A stretch of DNA of 64,000 nucleotides, from assembly GCA_963706715.1 (NCBI GenBank), contig CAVPNI010000003.1, forward strand, positions 512,001 to 576,000. The letters run 5' to 3'. The notes under the pieces are model-generated. The model was not told the DNA's origin, made no database searches, and saw nothing but the letters and a program-made list of their open reading frames with translations. The position numbers and the translations under genes are program-made. The DNA comes from an uncultured Verrucomicrobiae bacterium. GTDB lineage: Bacteria; Verrucomicrobiota; Verrucomicrobiia; Chthoniobacterales; Xiphinematobacteraceae. This document shows positions 9,750 through 19,621 of the stretch, one piece after another (position 1 is the first letter of the stretch; every line of letters begins with the position of its first letter).

Positions 9750-11047
9750 TACATTGTAAACGGAATTGAACCAACGGCTTCGACTGTAAGATGGCGACAA
9801 CGAATTCGTTGGTTGAGAAAATCATTCACACGTACACAGCGAAGCTGTTCCATCAGTCTACGGCAGGTATTAGCAGATTTATCATGCGGCTCGCAGACAA
9901 TCAGATGATTTTCCACTGCAACTGGGGTCTCTCCAAGAATCACGGTTGCAGCAGCTCGATACGGATGACCTGGTCTTGAGGTACGGCGAATCACTATAAA
10001 AGGTGGTTGATAAGCAAACTTGTGGCGCCGTTTTTCAGAAATTCGGATCACATCCTTCCACACCGAAATATTACGCGGATGAATATATCGGCGAAGCGGA
10101 CCTTCCTCAACGTCTCGATGTGGAACAACGCGCCCAACGTGGACATCGAAAAAATCCCTCACTGTCGTACCTGCATTCAACACAGCACCTGGCCATCGTT
10201 TTGATTGCGTGTTGGTGGTAGCACGCCGACGCAGAGCAATCAGAAACACATCCACATCCGCGGAATTGTCGAAGATACCATGGCACTCAATAGATTCTAC
10301 GACAGCCAAGTCACTTACGCGCTCACGCCAACGATGCTGAAAGGAGCCCGAGCGTAGTACGTCAGGGAGAATGGCGAGTAATTGTACATTTGCAGGAGCC
10401 ATTTCCAGAGCCCGCACGATGAATAGAGCGGCCTCCGAAATACGCCCGCCAGTCCAAGTGCAGCGAGCATTTGGCTCTATCAAGTTGTAGGGCGGATTCA
10501 TAAGGAGATGTGTGGCACGAGTAAAGAGAGAGTGCTGCTTGAGGCCGTCTCCCAACTTTATGTGAGGAAAGAGCGTGGGCCATCCACTCGGCAGCAAGGT
10601 TCGGCCACCATGACGCTGTCGCGCTAAGAGGGCGATTCGGAGCTTGGTAGCCTCTACAAACTCAGCATGGAGATCTGTTCCGGCGAGGCATGTTCCCCAA
10701 GCAGTGAGCGTATCAGTCAGTGTCTCTTCGCAAGGCAAGCGTCTTGCTGCGGCCAGCAGAAGATCGCCCGCACCAACGGTTGGATCATAAATAAAGTGCG
10801 TGTTGGACCGAAGGCATAGTGTACCTAAAAGCTTATCTGCTAATTTTGACCCGGTAAAAAAGGCACCAAACGCCCGACGTGCAGGCAATTCTACCAAACG
10901 CCGCAACTCTTTTCCGGCTACGCCATCTAATGATCCAACTACCTCCTCTGTCTGACGCGTATCCCATGACAGTGCAGTCAGTAGATACCGTAAGGCACCT
11001 ATAAACTGGCGATAGCCAGAAAAATCGTATGTATCAACAACTTTCAT
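9749..11047 (-). CDS. N6-adenine DNA methyltransferase (gamma-class motif order)
   Basis: GAFFT, DPTVGAGDLL (motif I), NPPY (motif IV). Confidence 0.88.
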   Translation of the reverse strand: MKVVDTYDFSGYRQFIGALRYLLTALSWDTRQTEEVVGSLDGVAGKELRRLVELPARRAFGAFFTGSKLADKLLGTLCLRSNTHFIYDPTVGAGDLLLAAARRLPCEETLTDTLTAWGTCLAGTDLHAEFVEATKLRIALLARQRHGGRTLLPSGWPTLFPHIKLGDGLKQHSLFTRATHLLMNPPYNLIEPNARCTWTGGRISEAALFIVRALEMAPANVQLLAILPDVLRSGSFQHRWRERVSDLAVVESIECHGIFDNSADVDVFLIALRRRATTNTQSKRWPGAVLNAGTTVRDFFDVHVGRVVPHRDVEEGPLRRYIHPRNISVWKDVIRISEKRRHKFAYQPPFIVIRRTSRPGHPYRAAATVILGETPVAVENHLIVCEPHDKSANTCRRLMEQLRCVRVNDFLNQRIRCRHLTVEAVGSIPFTM

Positions 11048-11113
11048 GGGGATAAGGAATCGCCGAAGTTTTGATTTTACAATCAAAGTGGTCAGAAATT
11101 TGCACGTTCATTT

Positions 11114-12076
11114 TCAGAAAGAATGGAAGAATTGTGTTATGCAACAGGTTGGAGAACTGAAGTCATTCGTTTTGTGGGCTTTTAAATCCACGATCACTAA
11201 CCGGTTATTGTCCGGTGAGGGATAGAGAATTCCTGCAGCAACATCATTCTCACAGATCGCATCGCCTATAAATTTCTCGACTACCCCCAATAGGGGTCTA
11301 GCCCCCAGAGTCTTATGGATTCCTCTGCGGACAAGGAACTCAAATGCTTCCTCACTCACTACAAAATCAAAGCCCTTGGTTTTTAAACGATTTAATTCCT
11401 CACCGATGGCGATTTGAGCAATTTCCCTCTGAGTTTCGTGAGATAGAGGCTTGAAAACAAGCGTTTCACTAAACCGCCCGATTAGCTCGGGACGGAAAAC
11501 CTTCTGTAGTTCCGAAAGAACGACTCGCTGTAAGGTAATGAAAGGAAGCCTGGTCGGCCTTAACAAATGATGAGAACCAATGTTGCTGGTGCAAATGACG
11601 TAAAATCCGGAGAGGTCATAGGTTTCATGATTGGAAAGAGTGATGCGGGCGGCGTCGAGCATCTGGAGAAAGAGATCCCAAATCAAACGGTGCGCTTTTT
11701 CGATCTCATCGAAGAGAAGAATACCCCCTGCCTGATCAGCAAGAAGGCGTCCTAAACGACCAGAATTTCCATTTTCATCTCCCATGAAAAGTTTCACATT
11801 ATCCAGGTGTAGAAATTCCGACATGTCGAAGCGAAATAAACGCTCTTTCCCAAAAAGATATTGGCTTGCGAGGAGGGTTAATTCTGTCTTTCCAACCCCT
11901 GTTGGCCCTAAAAAGAGACAGGAACCAAGGGGCTTGTCGTCGCGAGTAATTCCTCTTTGCCCACGCCTTAAAACGGAACAGAAACGCTCGATCACATGAT
12001 CCTGTCCACGGATCTTGGACTTCAGATAGGGCTCAAGTCCCTGAATTTTGTCGATGGTGGCGGCAGTCACAGTCAT
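11114..12076 (-). CDS. ClpA/ClpB-type AAA+ ATPase consisting of the second (D2) module only
   Basis: IRGQD, GPTGVGKTE, RFDMSEF, LFDEIEKAH, TSN, FRPELIGR, GARPL. Confidence 0.88.
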   Translation of the reverse strand: MTVTAATIDKIQGLEPYLKSKIRGQDHVIERFCSVLRRGQRGITRDDKPLGSCLFLGPTGVGKTELTLLASQYLFGKERLFRFDMSEFLHLDNVKLFMGDENGNSGRLGRLLADQAGGILLFDEIEKAHRLIWDLFLQMLDAARITLSNHETYDLSGFYVICTSNIGSHHLLRPTRLPFITLQRVVLSELQKVFRPELIGRFSETLVFKPLSHETQREIAQIAIGEELNRLKTKGFDFVVSEEAFEFLVRRGIHKTLGARPLLGVVEKFIGDAICENDVAAGILYPSPDNNRLVIVDLKAHKTNDFSSPTCCITQFFHSF

Positions 12077-14136
12077 TTTTTGAATATCGGCTCAATTCCT
12101 GGAGAGGGTTTCCCGTTGTAAGTTCGGTCGGAATTATACCGGAGGCGCGCTGAGAACTTTTTCCCTTGCGAGGAAATAAATCCTTCGAATTGGGGTGGTT
12201 CTTGGTTTTCAAAGATCCTGATATAATCTTGTGGAGACATCTTTCTTTGAAAGAGTTCTTTGGCAAACCAGCCCTTTTTGCTAGGAAAGATCCAACGATT
12301 CCCTCCATCAAGGATCGCCTTTCCATCATAGGAGACTCCTGTAGACTCATGCCGAGGGGTATTAGCGAAAAGCGTCTCGATATAGGATCGCAATTGTTCT
12401 GCTAAAGAGTGAGTAAACTCTCCCACGGTTTTCTCTCCGGAAGCGATTGCTTCGAGCGCATCTTCCCATACGGCTGTTTCTCCAGGATCTATGAGAAGAG
12501 GAAGGTGTTGTTCAAGTGTGGCAATTAAGCGGCGCCCCCGATCGGTGCTAACAACGGTTTTTTTCTGAGTCTCAAGGAATCCACGCTCGTGTAGGGTTTT
12601 TAGGATGCTGGCACGCGTAGCCTCCGTCCCAATGCCGCTGGTTTCTTTAAGTCGAGCCTTTTTGGCAGGATCGGTCACGAATTTGGAAATGCTTTTCATG
12701 TCAGCAATGAGTGCGCCTTCGGTGTAACGAGCCGGAGGCTTGGTTTGTTTTGCTTCTACGGTAACGCGCTCTACTGTACCTTGCGCCCCATCCTGAATAT
12801 CGGGCAGTAATATCGTTTTCTCTTCGTCAATTTCCTTACCAAAGACGGTTTTCCAGCCCGGAATTGCTGGCACATTGCCGAAAGTGGAAAATGAAACCTT
12901 CTCATTAAATTTTAGGGAGATCCTTGTTTGATCAAACTCATAATCTGGCATGAGTGTGGCAATATAATGACGAGCAATTAGCAGAAAACCATTTCGTTCG
13001 TCCTCTGAAAGGACTGACAAATTTGGCAACACCTTCGTCGGAATAATCGCATGGTGGGCGGTCACTTTCGACGTGTTAAAGACGGTCTTACGAATAAGAG
13101 GCTCTTTGATCTCGATACCCCGAAAAAGATCCAAGTGACTTAAATTCGAAAGGATAATAGAAATATCCGGAATTTGTTCCTCCGGAAGAAACTCGCAATC
13201 CGATCGAGGATAGGTGGTAACCTTATGGGTCTCATAAAGTAATTGAGCGATCTTCAACGAATGTTCAGCGCTCCAACCCCATTGCGCATTAGCCCGAATC
13301 TGAAAGGCTGCCAGGGAAAATAACTGCGGTGGTGATGTCTTCTTTCGTTCATGAGTGACTTTTAAAACTCCCGTGAAGCCTTTTGCACGCTCAGATAAGG
13401 TGTCGGCAACCGCTCGATCAAAAATCCGTTCTTCTTCCCTGGGAGCAAATCTTAAAGAAACCTTCTTATTCTCTGAACTGACATCCGCTACTAGCTCGTA
13501 ATAGGCTTTGGACTTAAAATTCTCGATTTCACGGTCTCTTCGGACAACGAGAGCTAGTGTAGGAGTTTGAACGCGCCCTACGGAGGAAACTCCTTTTTCT
13601 CCTGATCGGAGGGTTGCCGCGCGAGTCATGTTTATCCCGACCAACCAATCGCCCCGCGAACGAGCAAGTGCGGCATCATATAAGGGACGGGTTTCCGAAT
13701 CAGATTTCAGTTTAGAAAGCGCTTTGCGAATACTATCGGGATCGAGTGCTGAGAGCCAGAGGCGTGCAATTTTTTCCTGATAATTGAAATGTTCCAGGAT
13801 CTCTCTGGCGATCATTTCTCCTTCGCGGTCAGCGTCTGTAGCTATGATCAGTTCAGAACACTGTTTCAGGAGAGATCCGATGGCGTGGAACTGCTCGATG
13901 GCTTTTTCTTTAGGCTGGAGCTGGAATTTATCCGGAATGATGGGCAAGGTTTCACGAGACCATCGTTTCAGAGATTCGTCATAAACTTCTGGAGTAACTA
14001 ACTCCAGAAGATGACCAAAGGCCCAGGTAACGACCCCGGCGTCGGTTTTGATGTGAGTTTTTTGATGAACGGGGTTCCCCAGGACGTTCGCGATGTCCTT
14101 CGCTTGTGACGGTTTTTCGCAGAGGTAAAGCTTCAT
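12073..14136 (-). CDS. topB: Type IA DNA topoisomerase III
   Basis: EKPSQ, ATDADREGE, SVGRVQTPTL, TYPRSD, GIGTEATRA. Confidence 0.93.
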   Translation of the reverse strand: MKLYLCEKPSQAKDIANVLGNPVHQKTHIKTDAGVVTWAFGHLLELVTPEVYDESLKRWSRETLPIIPDKFQLQPKEKAIEQFHAIGSLLKQCSELIIATDADREGEMIAREILEHFNYQEKIARLWLSALDPDSIRKALSKLKSDSETRPLYDAALARSRGDWLVGINMTRAATLRSGEKGVSSVGRVQTPTLALVVRRDREIENFKSKAYYELVADVSSENKKVSLRFAPREEERIFDRAVADTLSERAKGFTGVLKVTHERKKTSPPQLFSLAAFQIRANAQWGWSAEHSLKIAQLLYETHKVTTYPRSDCEFLPEEQIPDISIILSNLSHLDLFRGIEIKEPLIRKTVFNTSKVTAHHAIIPTKVLPNLSVLSEDERNGFLLIARHYIATLMPDYEFDQTRISLKFNEKVSFSTFGNVPAIPGWKTVFGKEIDEEKTILLPDIQDGAQGTVERVTVEAKQTKPPARYTEGALIADMKSISKFVTDPAKKARLKETSGIGTEATRASILKTLHERGFLETQKKTVVSTDRGRRLIATLEQHLPLLIDPGETAVWEDALEAIASGEKTVGEFTHSLAEQLRSYIETLFANTPRHESTGVSYDGKAILDGGNRWIFPSKKGWFAKELFQRKMSPQDYIRIFENQEPPQFEGFISSQGKKFSARLRYNSDRTYNGKPSPGIEPIFKK

Positions 14137-14528
14137 AGAGGATAGCGAGGTAAAACAGGCTCATGCAGTAAGCTAAGGAGCAAATTCTCCAATTCTTGTA
14201 GTCCTTGCTCATCATAGGGCGCCTTATTCGGCCAGGCGTAAGAGGCAATCGATTGAGTCTCGGATATCAGATTATCGTGGTCCTTATCCTCAAGCTCTTC
14301 AGTGCAGGTTAACCAAATTTCAATTTTTACAGCACTTAATGAATTTCGAAATACGTGAAATGCATTGTGCCGTTTCGTGAGATTCTCTAAGGTGATTAGG
14401 TCAGAAACTCTATTCCTGAACGTGGACTTTTTCCACGGAGCACGGAGAAATGCGATGTATTCAAATGGCACGGGATGATCAAATTGTCTGACGAGTATAA
14501 AAACAGGGCGATTTTTGCAGGTCTTCAT
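14133..14528 (-). CDS. Hypothetical protein
   Basis: Fills the gap between the coupling protein and topB; stop overlaps the topB start. Confidence 0.5.
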   Translation of the reverse strand: MKTCKNRPVFILVRQFDHPVPFEYIAFLRAPWKKSTFRNRVSDLITLENLTKRHNAFHVFRNSLSAVKIEIWLTCTEELEDKDHDNLISETQSIASYAWPNKAPYDEQGLQELENLLLSLLHEPVLPRYPL

Positions 14529-14532
14529 AAAC

Positions 14533-16128
14533 TTAAGATTGATTGAATTGTTTGTCGGCTTTGACAGCCGCAGTGGACATTTGTGGTGATTGTTCCGAAT
14601 CGCTGCGGATGTGTTGTTTGAAAAAGGCAACAATCTTTGGAATTCCAGCAGCTATCCAATAATGCGGATAGTTCTTAAGAAACCACATTGGGTAACTGCC
14701 GTCAGGATTGATTGGAGCAATAAAGCGCTTGCGATGTCCCTTTTCACAGTGGCGAACAATCGCTGTGAACTTTGGAAGCTTCCGGAGTAGCCACGGTTTA
14801 TAAAATGGTTCGACAACGAATTCGTAATTATAGGACCTGTCGCGGCCCCAACTCCATCTGCGCTTCAGAATTTCTTTTTCCCCAATATTACGTGCTGCGA
14901 TTTCAGCGGATTGTTGATCGGCTACCGTTAGGATAATTTCATTACTCATATTGAGCATGAAGACATCCGCATATCGCTTATCTATGGCTGCCAGAATGGA
15001 AGAATAAGCCTGAGTCGCGAGGACTATCGTACACTTGGCTTCTCGAATGACGCCGGCTGCACGGTGATCAGCAAATGCGCTCTCAGCTCCTGTTAAAATT
15101 TCCTGCCCTTCATCGGCAAAAAGAATGAGGAGATTATCATCTTTGCGCTCTTCAAGCGTCTTATCGAAGCGTGAGAAGGCATGGAAATAATAAGAAAGCT
15201 TGAGAATAGTGTTAATATAAAGGCGCTCGGTCTGATATTTCTGAGGAAGCGCGATGCAAACGATCTTCCCTTGATCCATTTCATCAATAGAAAAAGTGGG
15301 CTCAGCCGCACAGAAAACATCAGCAACTTCCGGATCCAGGAAAAAACTGAGATAGGTATCGATTGTGCCATCAACACCGCCCTTTTGCTCCGGTGGCTGA
15401 TCAAAATGAGATTGGTAAGCCGAGAGAATGGCAAACGCTTCGTTATTAAGATCGCATTTTCTGAACTCCTTGATGATCTCCTCCCTCTTAGCCTCCGATC
15501 TAAGAATCGAGTGGACTTTGGGAATAGTGGCAGGACGATCCAAACACCGCAACATGTCGAATGCTGCTTGGATGGCCAGTTGTGCACGGACAGGAAAAAA
15601 CGGATTCCTATTCCCCTTACCACCAGTCAACGATTGGGCTGTATCGCAGATTACTTTGGCATACGTGGACGATGGGACGTTTGGATCGCCTGTAATATTG
15701 ATCGTGCACGAAGGACGCCAATCCTGCGGAGCATTTTTGGGACGCGTTTGCAAAAGAACCAAATCATTCCTCCTCTTGAAATGTTCAGCCATCTTGACGA
15801 GGATCTCCCAATAGAGACCTTTCTGATCCAAACAAATCCCGCCCCAGTTTTTAACATTCTTAAATACTTGATAAGTAATTCGATTAATTGCTGCTTGGGT
15901 CTTGCCACATCCGGTCCTTCCGGTGATAAGCCAACCACGAACGAAATCCTCAAATTTCCAGGAAATGCCTGCGATCCGAACGATAATTTTGGGACGATCG
16001 AAGAAAAACGTGAGTATTGCAAAAAACAAACAAACACCACTCGCGATCCAACTGCCTGGCGGAGACAAGAAAAACCAAGCGCTCAGCCCAGCCACTCCAA
16101 ATAAAATATACTGTAAAAGATTATTCAT
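14533..16128 (-). CDS. Type IV coupling protein (TraD/TraG/VirD4-like)
   Basis: Two N-terminal TM segments, ITGRTGCGKT, LDQKG, FADEGQ, LATQ. Confidence 0.85.
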   Translation of the reverse strand: MNNLLQYILFGVAGLSAWFFLSPPGSWIASGVCLFFAILTFFFDRPKIIVRIAGISWKFEDFVRGWLITGRTGCGKTQAAINRITYQVFKNVKNWGGICLDQKGLYWEILVKMAEHFKRRNDLVLLQTRPKNAPQDWRPSCTINITGDPNVPSSTYAKVICDTAQSLTGGKGNRNPFFPVRAQLAIQAAFDMLRCLDRPATIPKVHSILRSEAKREEIIKEFRKCDLNNEAFAILSAYQSHFDQPPEQKGGVDGTIDTYLSFFLDPEVADVFCAAEPTFSIDEMDQGKIVCIALPQKYQTERLYINTILKLSYYFHAFSRFDKTLEERKDDNLLILFADEGQEILTGAESAFADHRAAGVIREAKCTIVLATQAYSSILAAIDKRYADVFMLNMSNEIILTVADQQSAEIAARNIGEKEILKRRWSWGRDRSYNYEFVVEPFYKPWLLRKLPKFTAIVRHCEKGHRKRFIAPINPDGSYPMWFLKNYPHYWIAAGIPKIVAFFKQHIRSDSEQSPQMSTAAVKADKQFNQS

Positions 16129-16399
16129 TGGAAATGGAGCTGGGGTTAAGTTTGGAACACAAAAACGAAAATAATTTCCCATCAGGATCCACTACATGAG
16201 GCGAGTATCCTTTAAGGTAGACAGCAGTGATGTTAGGTCCCTCAGCTTGCTCCGCGTGCCAATAGCAATCGACATCTCGAAGACGGAAGACGAAGTTTTG
16301 ATGAAGGATAAATTCACTGAGCAGCAAGCTTTGTTTGTCGTTGCGAGCTGCTATTTCGGTATCCGTAGATGCGGTTTTTTTCAGTTTGGTTAGCGCCAT
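16121..16399 (-). CDS. Hypothetical protein
   Basis: 92-aa ORF overlapping the relaxase end and coupling-protein start. Confidence 0.4.
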   Translation of the reverse strand: MALTKLKKTASTDTEIAARNDKQSLLLSEFILHQNFVFRLRDVDCYWHAEQAEGPNITAVYLKGYSPHVVDPDGKLFSFLCSKLNPSSISNE

Positions 16400-17465
16400 A
16401 GTCGTTATAGGTGTAAAGTTTTCGGTATTTGTTGTGTTCCCTGCGATATTCTCGTTTAAGACGAAATAAAATCTGCTGATGCTCGCGAAGAAGTTGATAG
16501 GGACTGCGAGTACGAGGAATTACGCAGGTTGACTTTTTTGCAAAGCCGCTAAAGAATCCTAAAACGAGACTGGACCTTTTTTGAACAAGCCAAGCTTGAC
16601 GAAGCCTTTGACATTCTAATTCCAACGCATTAATGCGCGTGTACATGTGTTGTAACTTCTCGGCGTGCTCGTTATGATCGGTTACGAGCTGACTTCTGCG
16701 AGCCGCAGTTAGCCTCGGATTGAAAACGATTTTGTGAGAATCCAGTCTCTGCGAAAGATATTCATCTAATTTTTGAGGATTACTTATTCTCTTTTCCCAC
16801 ACCTTATTTTCTAATTCGAAGCACTCGCGCAGGTAATCCATTTGGCGTTTATGTTTGGATTTCTTTGAGCGGCTTGTGCTGCAACCGACGTATTTTCCCA
16901 ATTTAGTTCTTGGGCAGAGAGCAACGTGGACATGGAGATTATCCGTATCGTGATGAATTCCGTAGGCGTAGCCGATGGAATCCCGGCGATGAAATTTATC
17001 GTTAAATTTTTCCATGATTTTCTTCATGGTCGAATGAAGAACCTGATCAGGATTGATTCCCGCTGCGACGAGCGTGTTGTGTTGCTCTGTCGACATTGAA
17101 AACACGAGGCGATGTTGAATGACTTTCCGTTTCTTTCCCTTGGCTGAAAAACACGACTCAAGGTGCTCCATCCAGCTCTTCACAATACGCTGCTTTCGTT
17201 CTTCGTTGGAAAGGGATGTCGGAGCAGTGCTACTTCCATCGCGATTCATTCGAACCATGTTGTGAAGAAAGCCACCGACATGAACCTGACCAATGGTTTC
17301 CTTGGACGCATAGTCAGCAAATGCTTTTAATTTTTTTCCAACTTCACTTTTGTTTAGAGCCCGCTCGCGCAACCATTCTTTCTTCTGAGAAGTTTCATCC
17401 AAATATTCGATATCGACAATTCCACGATTGGTGGACTTTCGCGCAAAGATTTGACCGTTTTTCAT
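16314..17465 (-). CDS. HUH relaxase (MOBP/MobL-like)
   Basis: HRLVFS and YAYGIHHDTDNLHVHVAL 3H motif; next to coupling protein. Confidence 0.8.
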   Translation of the reverse strand: MKNGQIFARKSTNRGIVDIEYLDETSQKKEWLRERALNKSEVGKKLKAFADYASKETIGQVHVGGFLHNMVRMNRDGSSTAPTSLSNEERKQRIVKSWMEHLESCFSAKGKKRKVIQHRLVFSMSTEQHNTLVAAGINPDQVLHSTMKKIMEKFNDKFHRRDSIGYAYGIHHDTDNLHVHVALCPRTKLGKYVGCSTSRSKKSKHKRQMDYLRECFELENKVWEKRISNPQKLDEYLSQRLDSHKIVFNPRLTAARRSQLVTDHNEHAEKLQHMYTRINALELECQRLRQAWLVQKRSSLVLGFFSGFAKKSTCVIPRTRSPYQLLREHQQILFRLKREYRREHNKYRKLYTYNDYGANQTEKNRIYGYRNSSSQRQTKLAAQ

Positions 17466-17728
17466 AAAACCTCCTCGAATCGTTCCAAGAGACGATCTAA
17501 TTTGAATTCGATTCCCAAAAGAATTTGGTGAGTGACATCCTTCTCGCGGAGATCCGAAATTTTTTCTCGACCGGCAGCTTGCTCGATAATGATTTCAAAC
17601 GTTTGAGCTTTGGTTTTGAGTTCAAACTTTTTTCGAAGCGCTTCCAAAAGTTGTTTCGATTCCGGAGTGACATCGAGAGCAAGTTGCACAGTGCCTACGG
17701 ATTTTTTAGTGGTCTTTTTGGATGTCAT
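17462..17728 (-). CDS. MobC-like relaxosome accessory protein
   Basis: 88-aa ORF from ATG 17728, coupled to the relaxase start; RHH-like pattern. Confidence 0.55.
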   Translation of the reverse strand: MTSKKTTKKSVGTVQLALDVTPESKQLLEALRKKFELKTKAQTFEIIIEQAAGREKISDLREKDVTHQILLGIEFKLDRLLERFEEVL

Positions 17729-17739
17729 TTCAAAAAAGT

Positions 17740-17920
17740 TTTCGGAAAAAGTTTTTGCAAAAAAAATTTTGGTCTTTTGACAAAAAGCGAGCGAAAGCGA
17801 GTCGCCTCGGAACGCGCCTGACGCGTGGAGAGCGTTTTTGAGCGACAGCGAAAAAACACCGGCACTTTCGCCCCTAGGGCAAAGTGCTATCCGGCCATGA
17901 CTTTCCCCTAGGAAAACGAC
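17740..17920. other. Candidate oriT region
   Basis: Upstream of mobC/relaxase; inverted repeat GCACTTT-CGCCC-CTA-GGGC-AAAGTGC near 17862-17887. Confidence 0.4.
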
Positions 17921-18258
17921 TGTGATCCTGGGGAGAAAGGCATGGTTCTTAAGGGATGCTGACTGGCATTTTGGACCTGCCACCGACTGGTGGAAGGGGG
18001 TGTTCCAAAGGGTCTCCGGAGCCGTATCTAATGACGACTGACTATGTGGTGATTTTGAAAAAAACTTGCTGTTGGACAACGCATTGTGCTTCATTTGCGG
18101 CTCACTTGGAGTTGTCTTGTGGCGGCTTTGGCACGGGAGGGGAAGGGCTGGAGCCGTCGCACAAGGAGCGGATCCCTCAACCCGCTCACACTCTGCCAGC
18201 CATTTCCCAATGATTTGGCTGAGATCCCAAATCTCTAACTCAACCCTATCCGGAAACC

Positions 18259-18618
18259 ATGCCCATACGTCACAAAGACCTCGGAAAAATAAATTTTGAT
18301 CGCGATGCTTATTCCAAAGATCGTCCGCCGGGCACCTGGCGAGCGACTGTTGATCAAACAGTTTGGAGTCAAGGATCGAAGACCAGTTCGTCGCAAGGGG
18401 GTAAACGCGCCGGAATCCACCTCTATGTCCAACATGAAATTGGCCAAAAGATTTGGCTCTTTGTCCCCCTGCTGCCTGGCTTGGCATCCTTTGCAACGGC
18501 TGCGGAGTTAGTGGCTGGCGACATAATTGAGGTGGAAATTGCCTCTTCCAAATCCGGCCTTTCCATTGTGGAGAGACTCCGAAAAGTAGAGTCAAAACTT
18601 CAGCTACGAGGGAAATAG
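18259..18618 (+). CDS. Hypothetical protein
   Basis: 119-aa ORF divergent from the mob genes, protein-like composition. Confidence 0.45.
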   Translation: MPIRHKDLGKINFDRDAYSKDRPPGTWRATVDQTVWSQGSKTSSSQGGKRAGIHLYVQHEIGQKIWLFVPLLPGLASFATAAELVAGDIIEVEIASSKSGLSIVERLRKVESKLQLRGK

Positions 18619-18639
18619 GAGCCCAATTCTCTCTGGTGT

Positions 18640-18984
18640 TCAGGACTTGATCCATAACACCTCCATTCTTTTAACAGCTCCTTGAGCCAGGACCGCTTGT
18701 TCAAAACGCCTCCATGACGCCAAATGATGGCGGTAAGGTTCGTTGTCATAGCCACTAAGAAGCACTTTGCCCTTTAAAGATGTCACCATCTCCAACAGTG
18801 CAGTATGATCCTGATCAGTAAACTCGTGACCATATCTCCCCGAACCCCTGGTATGAGCAAGGTAAGGAGGGTCGAGGTAAAACAGCGTGTTTGGCGAATC
18901 CCATTTCGATATGAGGTTTTTATAGTCGCTCGTTTCTATAAGAAGGGCTATGAAATTAGCCACCGAATCCACTTTTGGTTTCAT
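18640..18984 (-). CDS. Truncated Dam-like DNA adenine methylase (C-terminal catalytic part only)
   Basis: LFYLDPPY, KGKVLLSGY, EVLW; SAM-binding motif I absent. Confidence 0.75.
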   Translation of the reverse strand: MKPKVDSVANFIALLIETSDYKNLISKWDSPNTLFYLDPPYLAHTRGSGRYGHEFTDQDHTALLEMVTSLKGKVLLSGYDNEPYRHHLASWRRFEQAVLAQGAVKRMEVLWIKS

Positions 18985-19060
18985 AAAATGGCGCTCCTAT
19001 CAGCGGCTGCAGAAAGCTTATGAACGAGGACGCAGATGGTAATCCGAAGAGGAATTGGTG

Positions 19061-19621
19061 TTACCATAATTTTATTCCTCCTTGACTTTGGCGTTGAGGT
19101 GTTAGGGATTTTACTTGGCCCATGATGGCTAAATACCGCGCGGAATCAGATCCCAGTGCCAGATTCTCTAGCCATTGCTGGCTTCTTATTTTATCGGCTG
19201 CTAATAACAATCCCATTTCCATCTCCAAGAGGATAATCTCGCTCGGGGATGGATGAATGCTCTTAATCTCGTTAATAGGATTCTTATGTCCCCGAGTACT
19301 TTGATTGAGGATGACAACAACAGACCTTGCTTGCTCAGCTGTAACAGAGGTCAAAAGCAGCATGGAATGTGGTATGCAACACGACTTAAAGACCATAAGA
19401 GGGGAATTTAGTTCCCTCTGAACCGCAACGAGTTGTTTTACAGACAGGCTATGTTTCTCGATTGCCTTCTTTAGTATAGCTCCCGATATCATCATGGGAT
19501 GTGGAGGAATTCCTATTTCCTGGAGAACCCCAGCCGACATGCCCCACCAAAACCTCTTTCTTCGCGGCATTTCCTGAGAAGTATATCGCCTCAAATCTCG
19601 CTCAATTTGAGTCATAGGCAC
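19061..19621 (-). CDS. Possible MuF-C/BECR-fold domain protein
   Basis: KH.L...L..P..VFKS...INEIKSIH pattern recalled from polyvalent proteins. Confidence 0.45.
   Translation of the reverse strand: MPMTQIERDLRRYTSQEMPRRKRFWWGMSAGVLQEIGIPPHPMMISGAILKKAIEKHSLSVKQLVAVQRELNSPLMVFKSCCIPHSMLLLTSVTAEQARSVVVILNQSTRGHKNPINEIKSIHPSPSEIILLEMEMGLLLAADKIRSQQWLENLALGSDSARYLAIMGQVKSLTPQRQSQGGIKLW

Noticed and set aside
15181..16104. 307-aa plus-strand ORF and similar shadow ORFs (e.g. 5239-6087, many inside uvrA and jetC)
   Set aside because: Antisense or alternative frames of well-supported genes, with no recognisable motifs
17462..18655. 397-aa ORF as a real protein
   Set aside because: Only the last 88 codons look coding; the rest crosses the oriT-like region and an opposite-strand ORF
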